Below the pieces are notes generated by a model. It worked only from the letters and a program-made list of their open reading frames with translations, searched no databases and was not told the DNA's origin. Below, piece by piece: positions 37,004 to 49,254 of a stretch of DNA of 64,000 bases. The stretch's first letter is position 1; each line of letters opens with the position of its first letter. Made by a program: the position numbers and the translations under genes. Source of the stretch: Marsupella aquatica (taxonomy: Eukaryota > Plantae > Marchantiophyta); assembly GCA_973895155.1 (NCBI GenBank), contig OZ316897.1:19781224-19845223 (forward strand), given 5' to 3'.

Positions 37004-37575
37004 TCTGCTGAATAATTTTTTTTCTGTACGATTTTGCGTATGCGGGATAAGATAGAAAATTCCCAGAGATTTTATTCGCTGGAAAATATATTATAGAGGA
37101 TTCTTCGTCTCGAGTCTTATGAAATTTTTGGAGCTCAGATGTTCTGATCTGCAGGCGACCCTCTTTTAGACGGGAGAGTACCCATAGCTGGGCAATGAAT
37201 TGATGACTGAAAGCATCAACTGCTTTGTGGCTGGTAGGATTCGTTTGTGCTAAACGTCTTCCAGTTGAGGTTGGCGACTGCGGTAAAGGCTCATTACATT
37301 CAGTCATTAATTTGAATGAATGTTGAGTCGTCACGTCCGACTAACAAGCCTGGTGGAGGTAAAATGCTTTTTGACTGGCAGCTCCTAACGAGAAGTGAGT
37401 CGGTTTGGCTGGAGTTATTTCCGCTAACACAGTGCAGACAACCGGGGCAGCACGTTGCCCTACTGCAAATTGGAAGGATTTTGAATATCTTGAGCAGCTA
37501 ACTACACTTCGATAGTTGTAAATGTATAGAAAGTAAATAGGCACTCAGATGTCCCACGGTTGGCCATCACTCTGG

Positions 37576-37745
37576 GCCTTTGTGAACTAGATTAAGTGCT
37601 TGGATCTTCCAATTTATAGGCTCTTTTACACAAATTGAGGAATGCAGATTCTCCTTACTGTGAGCCTTTGTAAACTAGATGCAGTGTTTGGAACTTCCAA
37701 TTTCTAGGCTTGTGTACACAAATTGAGGAAAGCAGATTCTCCTTG
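37576..37745. repeat. Two-copy ~89-bp imperfect tandem duplication
   Basis: gcctttgt.aactagat...acacaaattgaggaa.gcagattctcctt occurs twice. Confidence 0.75.
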
Positions 37746-38483
37746 GCGCTGGAAGCAACTGAATGTACTCGAGTGCGGTTGTTCTATTCTTTGTCGTCTC
37801 TCAGAACAGATAGTTGACATTCGATTGCATGAATGACTTGTGTGTTTGGAAACACACATGTTGTCCAATGATCAGCATAATGTTGGTCTTTCTACGTAGA
37901 CCGATGCTGATGGAAACCCCAGTGGAAGGCAGACCTCCTATCAGGCCATCGATTCCTTTGTTTAGTTACTTATTGGGGTGTCGAGTTCCACTGGACACAC
38001 AATTAGAGGTTTGAGGATCAAAACTCAAAGTAGCCGGTCCCACTAATACTTCAATCCTCAACCAAGAAAAAATGGCTAGCTGACAGTCAGGACAGTGGTC
38101 AGAATCATTTACGATTGGAAGTTTTGGATGCTACACCCCTTACATTTGAATTGTGAAAATATCATTAAGGCGCTGGAAACGTCGATACAACAGTTGAAAA
38201 ATACAACAGGACAATTTACAAACTTGCTGTACAATTTCATATACACACTGTTGATATTGTGGGATGGCTCGGTTAGAATCAGAATGCAACAATCGAAGGA
38301 TCCTTTCCAGCATCGTGAATCAAGTTCCTTGCTAAGAAGATTGAGTCGTACTACACTCGCTCTGGATCGAAATGAAACCGTAATTTCAGAGACCCAGAAG
38401 ACGTGACTTTAATTGCCGTCCACGATTGTATGTGTGCCTCAGCTTTTGCTAGCATCGGAGTCTAAAAGCTTGTCGACTTGACT

Positions 38484-39130
38484 TCACGCCCCAGAGGCAT
38501 GGAAGCTGTCCGAGCGTGAGAGCAGATGTGCCGCCCTTGTGATTGTTGCAGATGTAGTGCCAGTGGAGGGAGATGATGAAGTTGTTGGCTTGGCAAATGC
38601 AAACCCGATGCTGTGTCTGGCCGGAGGCGCGAAGAACAAAGCAATGCCGACAAAGAAATAACGGGGAGAGGAATCGCCTTCAAGACGGTCTGGTTAATGC
38701 CTGGGTAATAGCAGTCTTCAAGGTCTGTTGACAGAAGAGCCAAACTCAAGAAAGATATCACCGATAACGTTGCGATATAGAAATCCGAGAGCTTGAGAGT
38801 ATACTTCGTCCCGCCTCCAGTGTAGGTCCAGCCCGTAACGTTGGGCAGACCGCTGGCGAAATATGGGTTCCACAGCCCTTTCGTGGTGACCACGCCATAC
38901 CAGATGGTGCCGTCGTCCGCAGCATAACTGTCGGTGAAGCTGGAAAAGGCGCAGAGAAATGTGAACAGAAACACGAAGACTCCTGTGACTAATTTCTCGG
39001 CCTGGTTGCAAACTCCGTTGTTGGTGGTGACGGGAACTATGGTGGAGAACACCAAGTACGTTCCCGTGGGGAGCAATGTCAAGAGATTTGTGAGCGTGTC
39101 GGGTGTCGAGGAGGACGTCGTCGTCGACAT
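38484..39130 (-). CDS. DMP: DUF679 membrane protein (DMP family) with an apparent 1-nt frameshift near the C-terminus
   Basis: NLLTLLPTGT, TNNGVC, SSFTDSY, YGVVTTKGLW, DF and CYYP motifs. The conserved tail FFAPPARHSIGF lies in a shifted frame after ~38657 and stops at 38484. Confidence 0.85.
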
Positions 39131-41224
39131 TATATCCAATCGATGTACTTATATCGCAAAGCTGTAGAGTGCACAGCTTTAAGTCTGTCTACTCGTTTAG
39201 ATTTAGAGCAGACCCCGTCGGAAAAGTCAGCAACCGAATGTGAAGCACAGGGTTTTACGAGAGACTATCACTCTTCACTCCTTCGAGCCGATTCTGATTT
39301 CAGCCTCGCAACCTGCTGTGAAACAGAGATTTGAAATAAATTGCCCCGTCCCAGAGAGAAGTCCCACAGTCACTAAATTTTCTGGGCATCCAGAAAATAT
39401 CTCAGACGCTAGATTTCAATTGGCAGACATGGAATGATTGACTGGGGGATGCATCCGGGGAGAAAGCTGATGTTCCAAGCAGAGCCTAGTGAGCATTACC
39501 TGTAATTTAGTGCAGCAAATTTCGGCAGAGTTCAGGAAAATCCAGCAGATTTTGGATTGTGATCAGCACCCTAGTCCTACTCAGGTTTCAAGACCCCCAA
39601 GGTAAGAGAGGAGTGCAGTACGTCTGCATATAACATCAATATCATCAGGGGAAAACGGAAATGGAACCAGGAAAACAATGGCTAAATTGCAGCAAGCACA
39701 GAGGATACCCTGTCGACAGCCTCCTGAGTCGAAAATTCAAAAATGGGAGAGCCTATCGCCATGAAAAGTGATGAGGGATCTAAAACACAGGGCTTAAATG
39801 GTTTGGAGAGGGAAGAAATGACGATTGAGCTGCTTCCATCCTGAACTTCGAAGTCGGCATTAGGATTGAAACTCCTCTCCAGAATACGAAAGTTACGAAC
39901 GATCTCTTAGAGTTGCGTGTCCTAAGCTGTCGGATCAAGATATAAACGCAAGAACTTTACATCAGTTGGATATGTCAGTGGCCCTTCGGATCGACTCGAA
40001 TCAATTGAATGGAAGGGTTTTGAAACACATAAACGTAACTATGAAAACAAAACATCTAGCCGGATACGAATAAAGGATCATGATTTTATGGACCCATTAT
40101 GACGTGCGCGGATGGATGAGGCAGACGAGCCACAGAAATTCAGGACACGCAATCTGCAGATTTGTATTTTAAATCAGGTCCTCCGCTACATAAGGACTCT
40201 TAATAATGCGTCGTTACTGCATTGGCCTCAATGGCGTGGCGGAGTGAGATACGATGAAATTGCGTATACTCAAGCGAAGAGCGCCCATGAGGGGAACGAT
40301 GTTTGTGTGTTCGCAGAGTGCCCGCACGTCAAGCTTGTGAACTTACTTCACAGAAATCAATGACAATACCATGGAGCGATTAAGGGTTGCGTCGAGATCG
40401 ATCCATCTTATTGCATGAACTTCGAGCTGAAATAACTTTTCTTTGCATGAAAGAACAGAGCTTTCGTATAAATCTTGTTCAACACGTTGTAGCATCCCGT
40501 CGTCTCCAACTGGGGTAGCTTATCAGCCATGGACAGTCTAAAAAGTTGGATCAACCCAGCTCAAGCATTCAAACTGAACGACTTGTTTGCTTCGACCCAC
40601 CTCATGCAAGTTCAAACTGTAATCGAAATCATCAGCGTTCGTGCCCCCTCGTCGTTCAGCATGATTGATACAAGTAATGTTCATACACAAGCAAGTATAT
40701 TCTGTACATTGGCGAGGGGAATGGTAACAAGCCACATGCCTCTTTCGTCGCCCGATATGGTTTATCCGTGCAAACTGTTGCAAAGCCCCAGATCATGAAG
40801 CCGCGCTTACGTTATAAATGAAGATGCATCGATAGAATTGGGAGGTGGGAGATTCAATCGTGCATTGATTATTTTACAATGTGTTAGGATCGATCTGCAA
40901 AGTTGTCCTGTTACAGTCATATTGAGCCAAGCGCACTGCAACATCAAAATAACATTCTACGCTGATTTCACTAGACTACCAGCTAGCTCTAGTTAATGAT
41001 AACTGCGAGGAGGGTGTTTTGATACAGACGACTATGTTGGAAACTTAAGAGATTTGAAGAAGATTGTCACATTGAACCTGAGTTACTTTTATTTTCTGGA
41101 AGAAAATAGTGATTGGAAGTCTCACTATTGACAGTTCAAAACAAGTCATAGATTGAAAGTCACGAGTATAGTTCATGTGTCTCTCTTCCGCTGAAACTCA
41201 TCAAATTAATAACATACAAAAAGG

Positions 41225-44200
41225 CTACCATGCTATAGAGTGCATGCCTGCTGGATGTCTTCCATATGGAAGCCCCCTCAACTTTACCACATTCTCTACA
41301 TGTCCCTTGAGAGTGTTGTTCTCTCTCAACTTAGCATAGTCTGCTCTTGTCATTGCCAAACCAACCATCATGTCATTGCCAAAGCAACCATCAGTGGGAT
41401 ATATCCTTGATGGATGCCCATGTACCTGAGCTCTCCAGATCTGCTCCCGCCATGTGCAAATCAAGAAGAGTTTGTTGAGAATGTGCCCATTATGCCTTCT
41501 TGCCCTCCTTCTCAAAATCTTTCTCTACCTTGAACGCACTCTTCCTATTGGCGATCAGATGCCAAGCACACCTACTCATAATGTAGTACAAGGCTATCTT
41601 GATGAAGTCTAGAGGAAAGTAAGTGATGACGCTGTACAACCAGATTACTCCAGCCCACTCCGCTAATGCCAGCACTGGCTGCCCAATTAGCATCAACAGC
41701 CACAAATGTGACCATTATTGTTGGAAATTCAAGAACTCAAGAATGTGGAAATGGGGGATGATTGTCATTGAGTTGTGAGGGGTTTTATATATGGAACAAC
41801 ATCCCCTTGCCTGCTCATGTGTGTATATAGTAGTCAAATAGAATACAGTGTATTCCGTCATGCATGCATATTCCTTCACATGTGCCTATTGCATAGCTCA
41901 CCTCATGGTCTAGCTAGTTTGAGTCACTAACTTGGACGGTGGCCGGGCCTACCACTATGCACAGTGACCTACCAAACCTTTTCTAATATCCTCACTTTAG
42001 TGACTAGATTAGAACCCTAATAAAGCCCTCACATTTTTCTCAAATAAATGTGTTTGTCTTTTGGAAGTTCTTTGGTGAGAATGTAGGCTGCCATTTCCAC
42101 GCCGGAACAATAGTTTATTTCTATTTCACCACTCTCAACTAGCTCCCTACTACAGTGATATTGAATATCAATGTGTTGTCTCCTATCATGAAACCGAGCT
42201 GCTTCGAGTAAGCTACGGGCACTTTTATTATCACAATGAATGACGACTCTTGCTTGCTGATGATGCAAGTATCCAAGAATTTTTTTCAACCACACTATCT
42301 TAGTGCATGTCGTTGATAAGGTCATGTATAATTATGCTTTGGTGTTAGACTAGGCTACAGATTTTTGCTTTTTGCTTGCCCAACTCACTATTGCACTTGA
42401 GAGCATGAAGCAATAACCAGAGGTTGATCTTCTTGTATCAATATCATAACCAGAGGTTGATCTTCTTGTATCAATATCTTCTCCCCAATCAACATCAAAC
42501 TATCCATCTAAGGGAATAAAATATTCTAATCTTTTATAACTAAACCCATACTTGATGTGCCCGTTAGGTGTCAAAAAATAGGTTTCACATCATCCAATGT
42601 GTTGGATCGGGATTGGACATGAATTGTGCCACTGACCCAACTACATAGGATAAGTCGGGCCTTGTGTAGATCATAGCCCACATGAGGCTTCCAACTGCAC
42701 TATGGTATAATGAAGCCTCCATCTGCAACTTTTCATTTTCAACTTGTTCACCAGGCTTATCCTCTTTAGATCGAACATCTCTTGCCACAATCACCTTGCA
42801 ATTGGTGTCTAGTTGAACCCTATAAACATCTATAGATGTGGAGTTTTTTGGATATCCCCCAAAATGAAATCTCTGGCATGATTGTCAAACTTTCCTTAAC
42901 TATCTTTGTTGACTTTAAGATGAGATTTTGGATGTAGAGCTAGCTTCCTTCAAAATCAAACACCCACAAAAACACTTGATGCTGACAAGACATCATATGA
43001 GCTTTGGTAACTATGAGAGAAAACCAAACTTGTTAATAAAATCATACTAACTCAACAAAGTTCTAATACCATGTTTGAAATCTAGTAACCCAAGAATGTG
43101 ATAATGAGGAGTGATTTGACATTGAGTTGTGAGGTGACTATCACACCATCACAAGTATCCACTTGGGTGCATATTCAAGTCAAATAGAATATAGTGTATT
43201 TTCTCATGCTTACATATTCTTTCATATGTGCCTATTACATAGCTTAATTCCCCTGCTTACCTATGGTCTAATTTGAATAACCACTTTGCAATGGCCTACC
43301 TTTTGAAATAATTATTTGTGCAATGAAGAACAAGAAGGTAATCACGATGAGCAAGAGAGCCGAGGCCAAACTTAGCAAAATTATTAATGTCTTAGTGCAC
43401 TCGGGCTGCACCAAGAATTTCCTCCGGAGCTAGCTCCCTTGCTGGCCCTATGCCAGTTCCCATCCGAATCGATGAGAGTGATATATATGGCTGTCCTCTT
43501 GTCCACGAGGTCCTCTTGTCCACGGGGTTGAAGGGTAGGAATAAGTGAATTTCCTGGATCCCTTCACGAGCCTCTGTTGGATCTCCGAGCATCCCTACTA
43601 TAGCCGTGTTAATCGAATACTGATTTTCAGTCCTGGCTGCTCTGGCTGCAGACAAGATGACGAAATCCCTAGCTAGCCTATCCACACCTCCAGTGAAAAC
43701 CTCCACGAGATTGTTGTCTCTGGACAGCTTGTTAAGGGTTAAAGTCCCTGTTATCACTACAAAGCACATTCAGACCTGCCATCTCCCCAATAGCCGTCAT
43801 GAGCTTGGTGATTGCACCTTGTTTGGACAACTTATGGGATCCAATAGCCATTGTGACAGAAAGGACCGTCGGCATGGCAATAGGGATTCCACCAATCAGC
43901 AAAACCAAAAGGTTGTTAATCCCATTTCGGTAATTTCTGTGCTGGATGGCAGACATCACAATGATTTCCTTAACCACAACTATACCAATTGTGCAGCGAA
44001 TTGCCTATTGTTCTCAGAACTGTTTGGAAATGCCCCATAGATTTGGTGCTGTGAACAAGGTAGGCAGCATTGCCGAAGAAGGAGTGCAATGTGGCAATGA
44101 CGACAGCCTCTACCTCACCTTGCTTAAGATTGATCCTGAGAATACCTCATCACCTGGCTTCTTGGTAACAGGAAGCTAGGGACTCGATCTGCAGTGAGGG

Positions 44201-44252
44201 AGGACTAGTCAATTTTTAGAGTGTCTCCTTCGACAAGGTGACCATCAGCTAG
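41225..44252 (-). pseudogene. AHA: Processed, internally deleted plasma-membrane H+-ATPase (P3A/AHA) pseudogene
   Basis: Intronless fragments [78 protein letters not shown] and LKGHVENVVKLRGL; multiple frameshifts. Confidence 0.9.
41719..43310 (-). mobile_element. Old, internally deleted copia element inserted in the AHA pseudogene
   Basis: Diverged LTRs at ~41719-41988 and 43072-43310; ATTAT TSD at 41714-41718 and 43311-43315; PBS-like TGGTATTAGAAC; RT (GSLMWAMIYTRPDL) and RNase H (HCDNKSA, HIDIQYH) remnants. Confidence 0.85.
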
Positions 44253-46362
44253 CATACTGTCATTTTTGGCTTTCGGAAACCTTGCAACGTCGCCATGGTG
44301 TGTAAATATTAATTAAAGCGCTTCTTAAGATATATTCCATTCTCAAAAGAGTCAACAGCTTGCCTGTCCAAGGCTTTCCTTTGGATATTCGTGGTATGAC
44401 CTAAATGCTACAAAACAAATCCTTGAAAATGTTTGGGTCTATTCTTATACTTAATTCTGTTGCTGTACCATGCCATGTCACTTGAGACTTAAAAGATCGC
44501 AAACCCTTTGCTTTAACTTCACGATTTGAGGATGGCAAGCTTTGGTCATGGTTTGTTGCACAACGTCATCTTCTTAGGGAAACAACTCGCCCTTATAACC
44601 TATTTTTTCAACTTTGCAATGGGATCCACTAGTTTAAAGAGGTCACTCAGTCAGTTGTCTCAAGCTATGGTCCGTGAATGCTAAGTTATTGATTCATTTG
44701 CAAGTTTTCACAAATGGAGGATATGCACAGTCTGGTTGTAGGTGGTTTGCCCACGTACTTGTTACTGGGAATCCCCTGTTCGAAACAAAGACTGGGGATT
44801 GTGTCCAACTTGGGGAAGCGTTAAAGAAATGCCCATGTTAAACCCTAGTGAAGAGGGTACAGCATACTTCATGCCCTGTGACCTTAAATTTTTCCCAAAG
44901 CGGGTATCTCACCTATAATTAATATTTCCACGCCCAGTTCAGGTAAGATCGATGGTGTGTGTTTAACGTGCATTGTCAACTACTTAAAAAGTGTGTAGCA
45001 CATCTAGATCTCCTGACCTTGCAGCTCTTGGTGAGGATTTTTAGTTGAAGAACGATGCAATTTGCGGGTGCAGTTGGCATACTCAGGCCCTTGGAATTTC
45101 CCCAAGCATATCACCATGCATTCTCCCCGTGTATAATTTTGAATGTCATGGGCAGGAAGCTTCGATTCCGAGTCGTACGTAGTGCGTACTTGACAGGGCT
45201 AAATAGGCCTCTCCGTTGACCCGGCTCACCGTACTTACTCGATAAGGAGTATTTAGTATTTAGGGTAACTCCAGGTACGTCGGTGCAAGTCAATTAGGGC
45301 TAGGGGGCCTTGTGCCGATTCGGTGTCAGAGCCAGGAACGAACTCAATTGTGGCATGGCACCTCGACCTATTGTATTTTCCATGAGTCAACATTTCAGCC
45401 AGCTAGTTTAGTTGGGAAAGTAAGCTCGAATAGGAGCTATAATATTGATTATTAATAGCCTCTAACCCGGCCTCTAATAACCAAAATTGTTTTTTCGGAC
45501 AAGATTCGGACTAGTGATATATCGAATAAGGTACGTTTAAGCTTGGCTGACATGATTGAGTTGAAAGTGTGGCACTTCGCCCAGAATGTGTGATTACTGC
45601 CAGATAAGAATTCACTATAAAGGTGGGTCAAATAAGATTTGAATCGTAGACCAGATAGAATTGTAACGGTAGACCAGACTATAATTGTTTGTCCTGAGTC
45701 ATTCATCCTTGGCCAGCCGGAACTCTTTGAGGTGGCGCAGAGTGGGATTACTGCCGGATACAATTCATTTTAACGGTAGGCCAGATATGTTTGTAACGGT
45801 AGGCCGGACACGAGTCATTTGTCCTTTTCTAGTCTGTCCTCTTTGTAGAGTATGGGGATTTCTATGGATAAAGGCATCCCGAAAGATCTACCAGGGTCAT
45901 TTTCCACTGTTCTGCCATTTTTTGAGCCTTGTTATTCTGAAGTTGGAGGAAGCCTTCTTGTCACGAGTTCAATTTTCTTCCACATAAGTATGTAGACAGA
46001 GCTTTCACTTTGGGCCAATTTCTTCAACAGAGCTAGTAGCAAGGACAGGATTTGAAAGTCGGGACGGCCTATTTTCTCTCAGGAAGGGAAGCTAGAGATC
46101 GGAGACCTGCAAGAGATAGTGCGACAAGCTAGGAGTACGTGGCGTGTAGAGAGTAGGTACGTGCAGGTACGAATTAGCAGGAGCCCTGCAGTTCCGAATT
46201 AAAGCCATCCCAGGAGGTGAGATCAACCGGGAGGAATAAGCCCTGAAAAGCACAAAGATCGTTTGAAGCTAAACTTCAGAGAAGCTACGTCCTGCAGGAG
46301 GAGAAGTTCGCAAGAGAAATATATATAGTGTCTTTGTGATCGACATACTTGCACGTCTTGAA

Positions 46363-47352
46363 ATGGGGTCATATTGGGTATCTAATGAAGAGATGTTCGA
46401 TGCATTTTCTGGACTTAACAAGTTACCAACTTGGGACGAGTCACTACAAACTGATGGGAGTAAATGGGTTCCCAATGATCATGTGCATTATATCGAATCT
46501 GGAAGGCCAGATGGGGATGCAACCCATTTCCAAGAATTAGAGATGGGAGAGGGCTGCAGCCAAGGTCGTAACAATCTAGCAGCAGACCATTACGAATCAG
46601 AGATGGCGAGAATTCTCGCCAGTTCACCAGTGGGTGGACCTGTTCAAGAAGAAGATCAAGGGATGTGCTCTGCAGCCTCGTCAAACTTCCATGTCGACAT
46701 CATGGGATCACAAGTACACATAAGTGAAGAAATGGTTATGGAAGCCAGAATATTAGCTTGCAAAATGGTGGGGAATGTCTTCTACGAGGAAATGGAAACC
46801 GCAGGACTCCCAATTCTTCCACAATTACTATCGAGTCTTCATTTAACTCTTCAGAAATTACAGGATGACAATGTTCAAGTCACAATGGAAACATTTACAA
46901 AGGAGGCCTGCAAATGGGTTTACAGGTACATGGCAGGCCAGAAGCACAGACGAGTTTTTGGGCATCCTCAGCACATTAAGAATATACCTAAAAACTGGGG
47001 GCTCCAGAACCCTGGCCGCTTTTACCCCTCTGATAAAGAATTGGAAGAGATAGCAGGAGACACCGGATTGGAGAAGCGCCAGGTCTCGACCCTTTTCGAA
47101 AATGAAAGGAAGAGAAATCTGAAGGATATTTCTGAGCTCCAAGGAAAATTGAAATCGCACTTTGAACCGCGCATCACCAAAATTCTCAGAGATTGGCAAG
47201 CTGAGAATCACCCAAGGAGACAGCCAAACAAAGACGAACGAAATAGTTTGATGGAGGAAACTGGATTGAATATCAAACAGATTATGGATTGGTTTAATAA
47301 CCACAGCGCTGGAAGAAATCGTTCTAAGAAAAGGAGCTTTGAGCCCTCTTAG
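46363..47352 (+). CDS. Intronless protein with two tandem divergent TALE-like homeodomains
   Basis: HD1 NWGLQNPGRFYPSDKELEEIAGDTGLEKRQVSTLFENERKR; HD2 KILRDWQAENHPRRQPNKDERNSLMEETGLNIKQIMDWFNN. TATA-like atatatag about 40 nt upstream of the ATG. Confidence 0.75.
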   Translation: MGSYWVSNEEMFDAFSGLNKLPTWDESLQTDGSKWVPNDHVHYIESGRPDGDATHFQELEMGEGCSQGRNNLAADHYESEMARILASSPVGGPVQEEDQGMCSAASSNFHVDIMGSQVHISEEMVMEARILACKMVGNVFYEEMETAGLPILPQLLSSLHLTLQKLQDDNVQVTMETFTKEACKWVYRYMAGQKHRRVFGHPQHIKNIPKNWGLQNPGRFYPSDKELEEIAGDTGLEKRQVSTLFENERKRNLKDISELQGKLKSHFEPRITKILRDWQAENHPRRQPNKDERNSLMEETGLNIKQIMDWFNNHSAGRNRSKKRSFEPS

Positions 47353-49254
47353 TTTTATTTGAGAAAGTAGCTGGACCCATACTAGCTTTGCAAGTAAGAC
47401 TTTCGTGTATAAGATTGCCAGCAAGGACTTGTTGTAGAAGTCTTTGCCGCCCCCACAATTGGGAGTGCTTAAGTTGACAAACTCTGAAATTTGGAATATA
47501 TCACCTTTCAAAGTCTCTTGGACGTCAAATTATGCAGACAAATGCATTAGTTGGCCTAATGACAAAGTAATTATTGCATGTTATCGTAATTGTCTTAATT
47601 GGTTTCTGAAAGACCGAAAATATTTCTCCATCAAACATGGGCGTAGTACTTATTCTGGAAAGACTCTACTCAATTCGCCATGGACTCACAAAGTTATCCA
47701 ACCCACAAGCCTAGTTTCCACCTACAAACCCATCCAACCCACAAACCTGAATTAATAAAAGACCAACCCCAAACCTCCACCCACAAACCTATCCAAACTA
47801 CAACCCCGAAACCTTGTACGGGAAAACCTATCCAAGCCACAACCGCCAAATCTTCCGGGAACAAATTTAGCCAATCTGTAATCCCCAACCCTTCCACCCA
47901 CAAACCCATATCTCAAACATATGACCCCCGAACCCTCCTCCGCCCCAAACCTGACTGTAAACCTCAGCCCCAAACCAGTAAACTCCCCACCCAGGCAACA
48001 ACAAATATTGAATTAACGCTCCAACATAGAAGTCTAGCGCAACCAGAGGCATTCAACTTGAAAATAATGCACAACCAGTTGCCATCCAGGCCAATCCGCC
48101 CCACTGAGAAGCCCCTCACCCCGAAACAGCACCAAGACCTACAACCCCAATTACCAAACTGCCAATGATTACAAACCCTCAGTCACACGAACTCACCCAG
48201 GCCACAAACCCAGCCTCAAGTCTAACCCCATAATCAACCACCAATCGCTCAACCGTGATCACTACGCAAACAATCTGGGCGCCATTCAAGCTCACCCTCC
48301 TCAGGCAGACTTGAATTAGGAAGTCAATTAACGTTTCTTGCATCGATATCTTGCATATTCTCAGTTGCTAGTTGCTCTGTCACTGGCTCACTAGTAAATT
48401 TGCCGTAGGCTTGCACTGTATATTAACGCTCTTCATGTATATTTGTGCATGGAGACCTGCCAACCGAGAACACGTACTTTGGTTCTTTAAAAGTTGGCTC
48501 CAACCAAAAAAGGGCTTAAGGTGGTTCAACTTATATAGGCATCTTCATACATATAATTTTCTATATATATTCTCTCATTATCTTCCAGCACCTGACTACT
48601 AAAATAGGAACCACCCAGCTTAATCTCCTTTGGAAGTGAGAGTAATTATGACAAGCTAAGGAGACATGCAGTTTGATTCAAAATATGAGATAATTACAAA
48701 AACGTTAGCTTGACATCTAATTACAAGAGAGACCCTTTGTACAAGGCCCTTGCCCTCGCTAACATGTATGAATAATCCATCATTATTTGTTTGTGGGTAA
48801 AGTTTAAAATCTAAATCTACTGGATTATATTACACTTTACTCACTTAACCTTATGTAGAACTGGAATCATATGGTAGCAACTTGATAGACACGTACAATA
48901 AAAAGTCTGTATAGCGCGCTACGTACGTACTTTGATAGTTTTGATAGTAGGTAAGAACTTTAGCACCAGGTGTACAATTCAACTAATTATAAGATAATGA
49001 GAGCAACAACTTAATTAGAGAGACCCCCTAAACTCGACTAGCTGCCCAATATATTTGAGAGCCACCACACAGTTAAAGTTAATTTGCAAAAGTCCGTGAG
49101 GTTTGAAAAACTCATCTCATCAGAACTGCTGAGCGGACTGCTGAAAAAATTCATTTCCAAGTGTACTCGGCGTACGTGTGATGTGCGTGGGGAGGTTTTC
49201 TTTATATAACGAGTTTAGAACCCATGTTTGAGAAAATCTTCAGAAACTGTAGAA

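Noticed and set aside
46858-47511. 217-aa minus-strand ORF
   Set aside because: Antisense shadow of the homeodomain CDS.
47680-48168. 162-aa Pro/Thr/Lys-rich ORF
   Set aside because: Derived from C/A-skewed acccacaaacc repeats; the frame is not preserved in the duplicate at 50325-50735.
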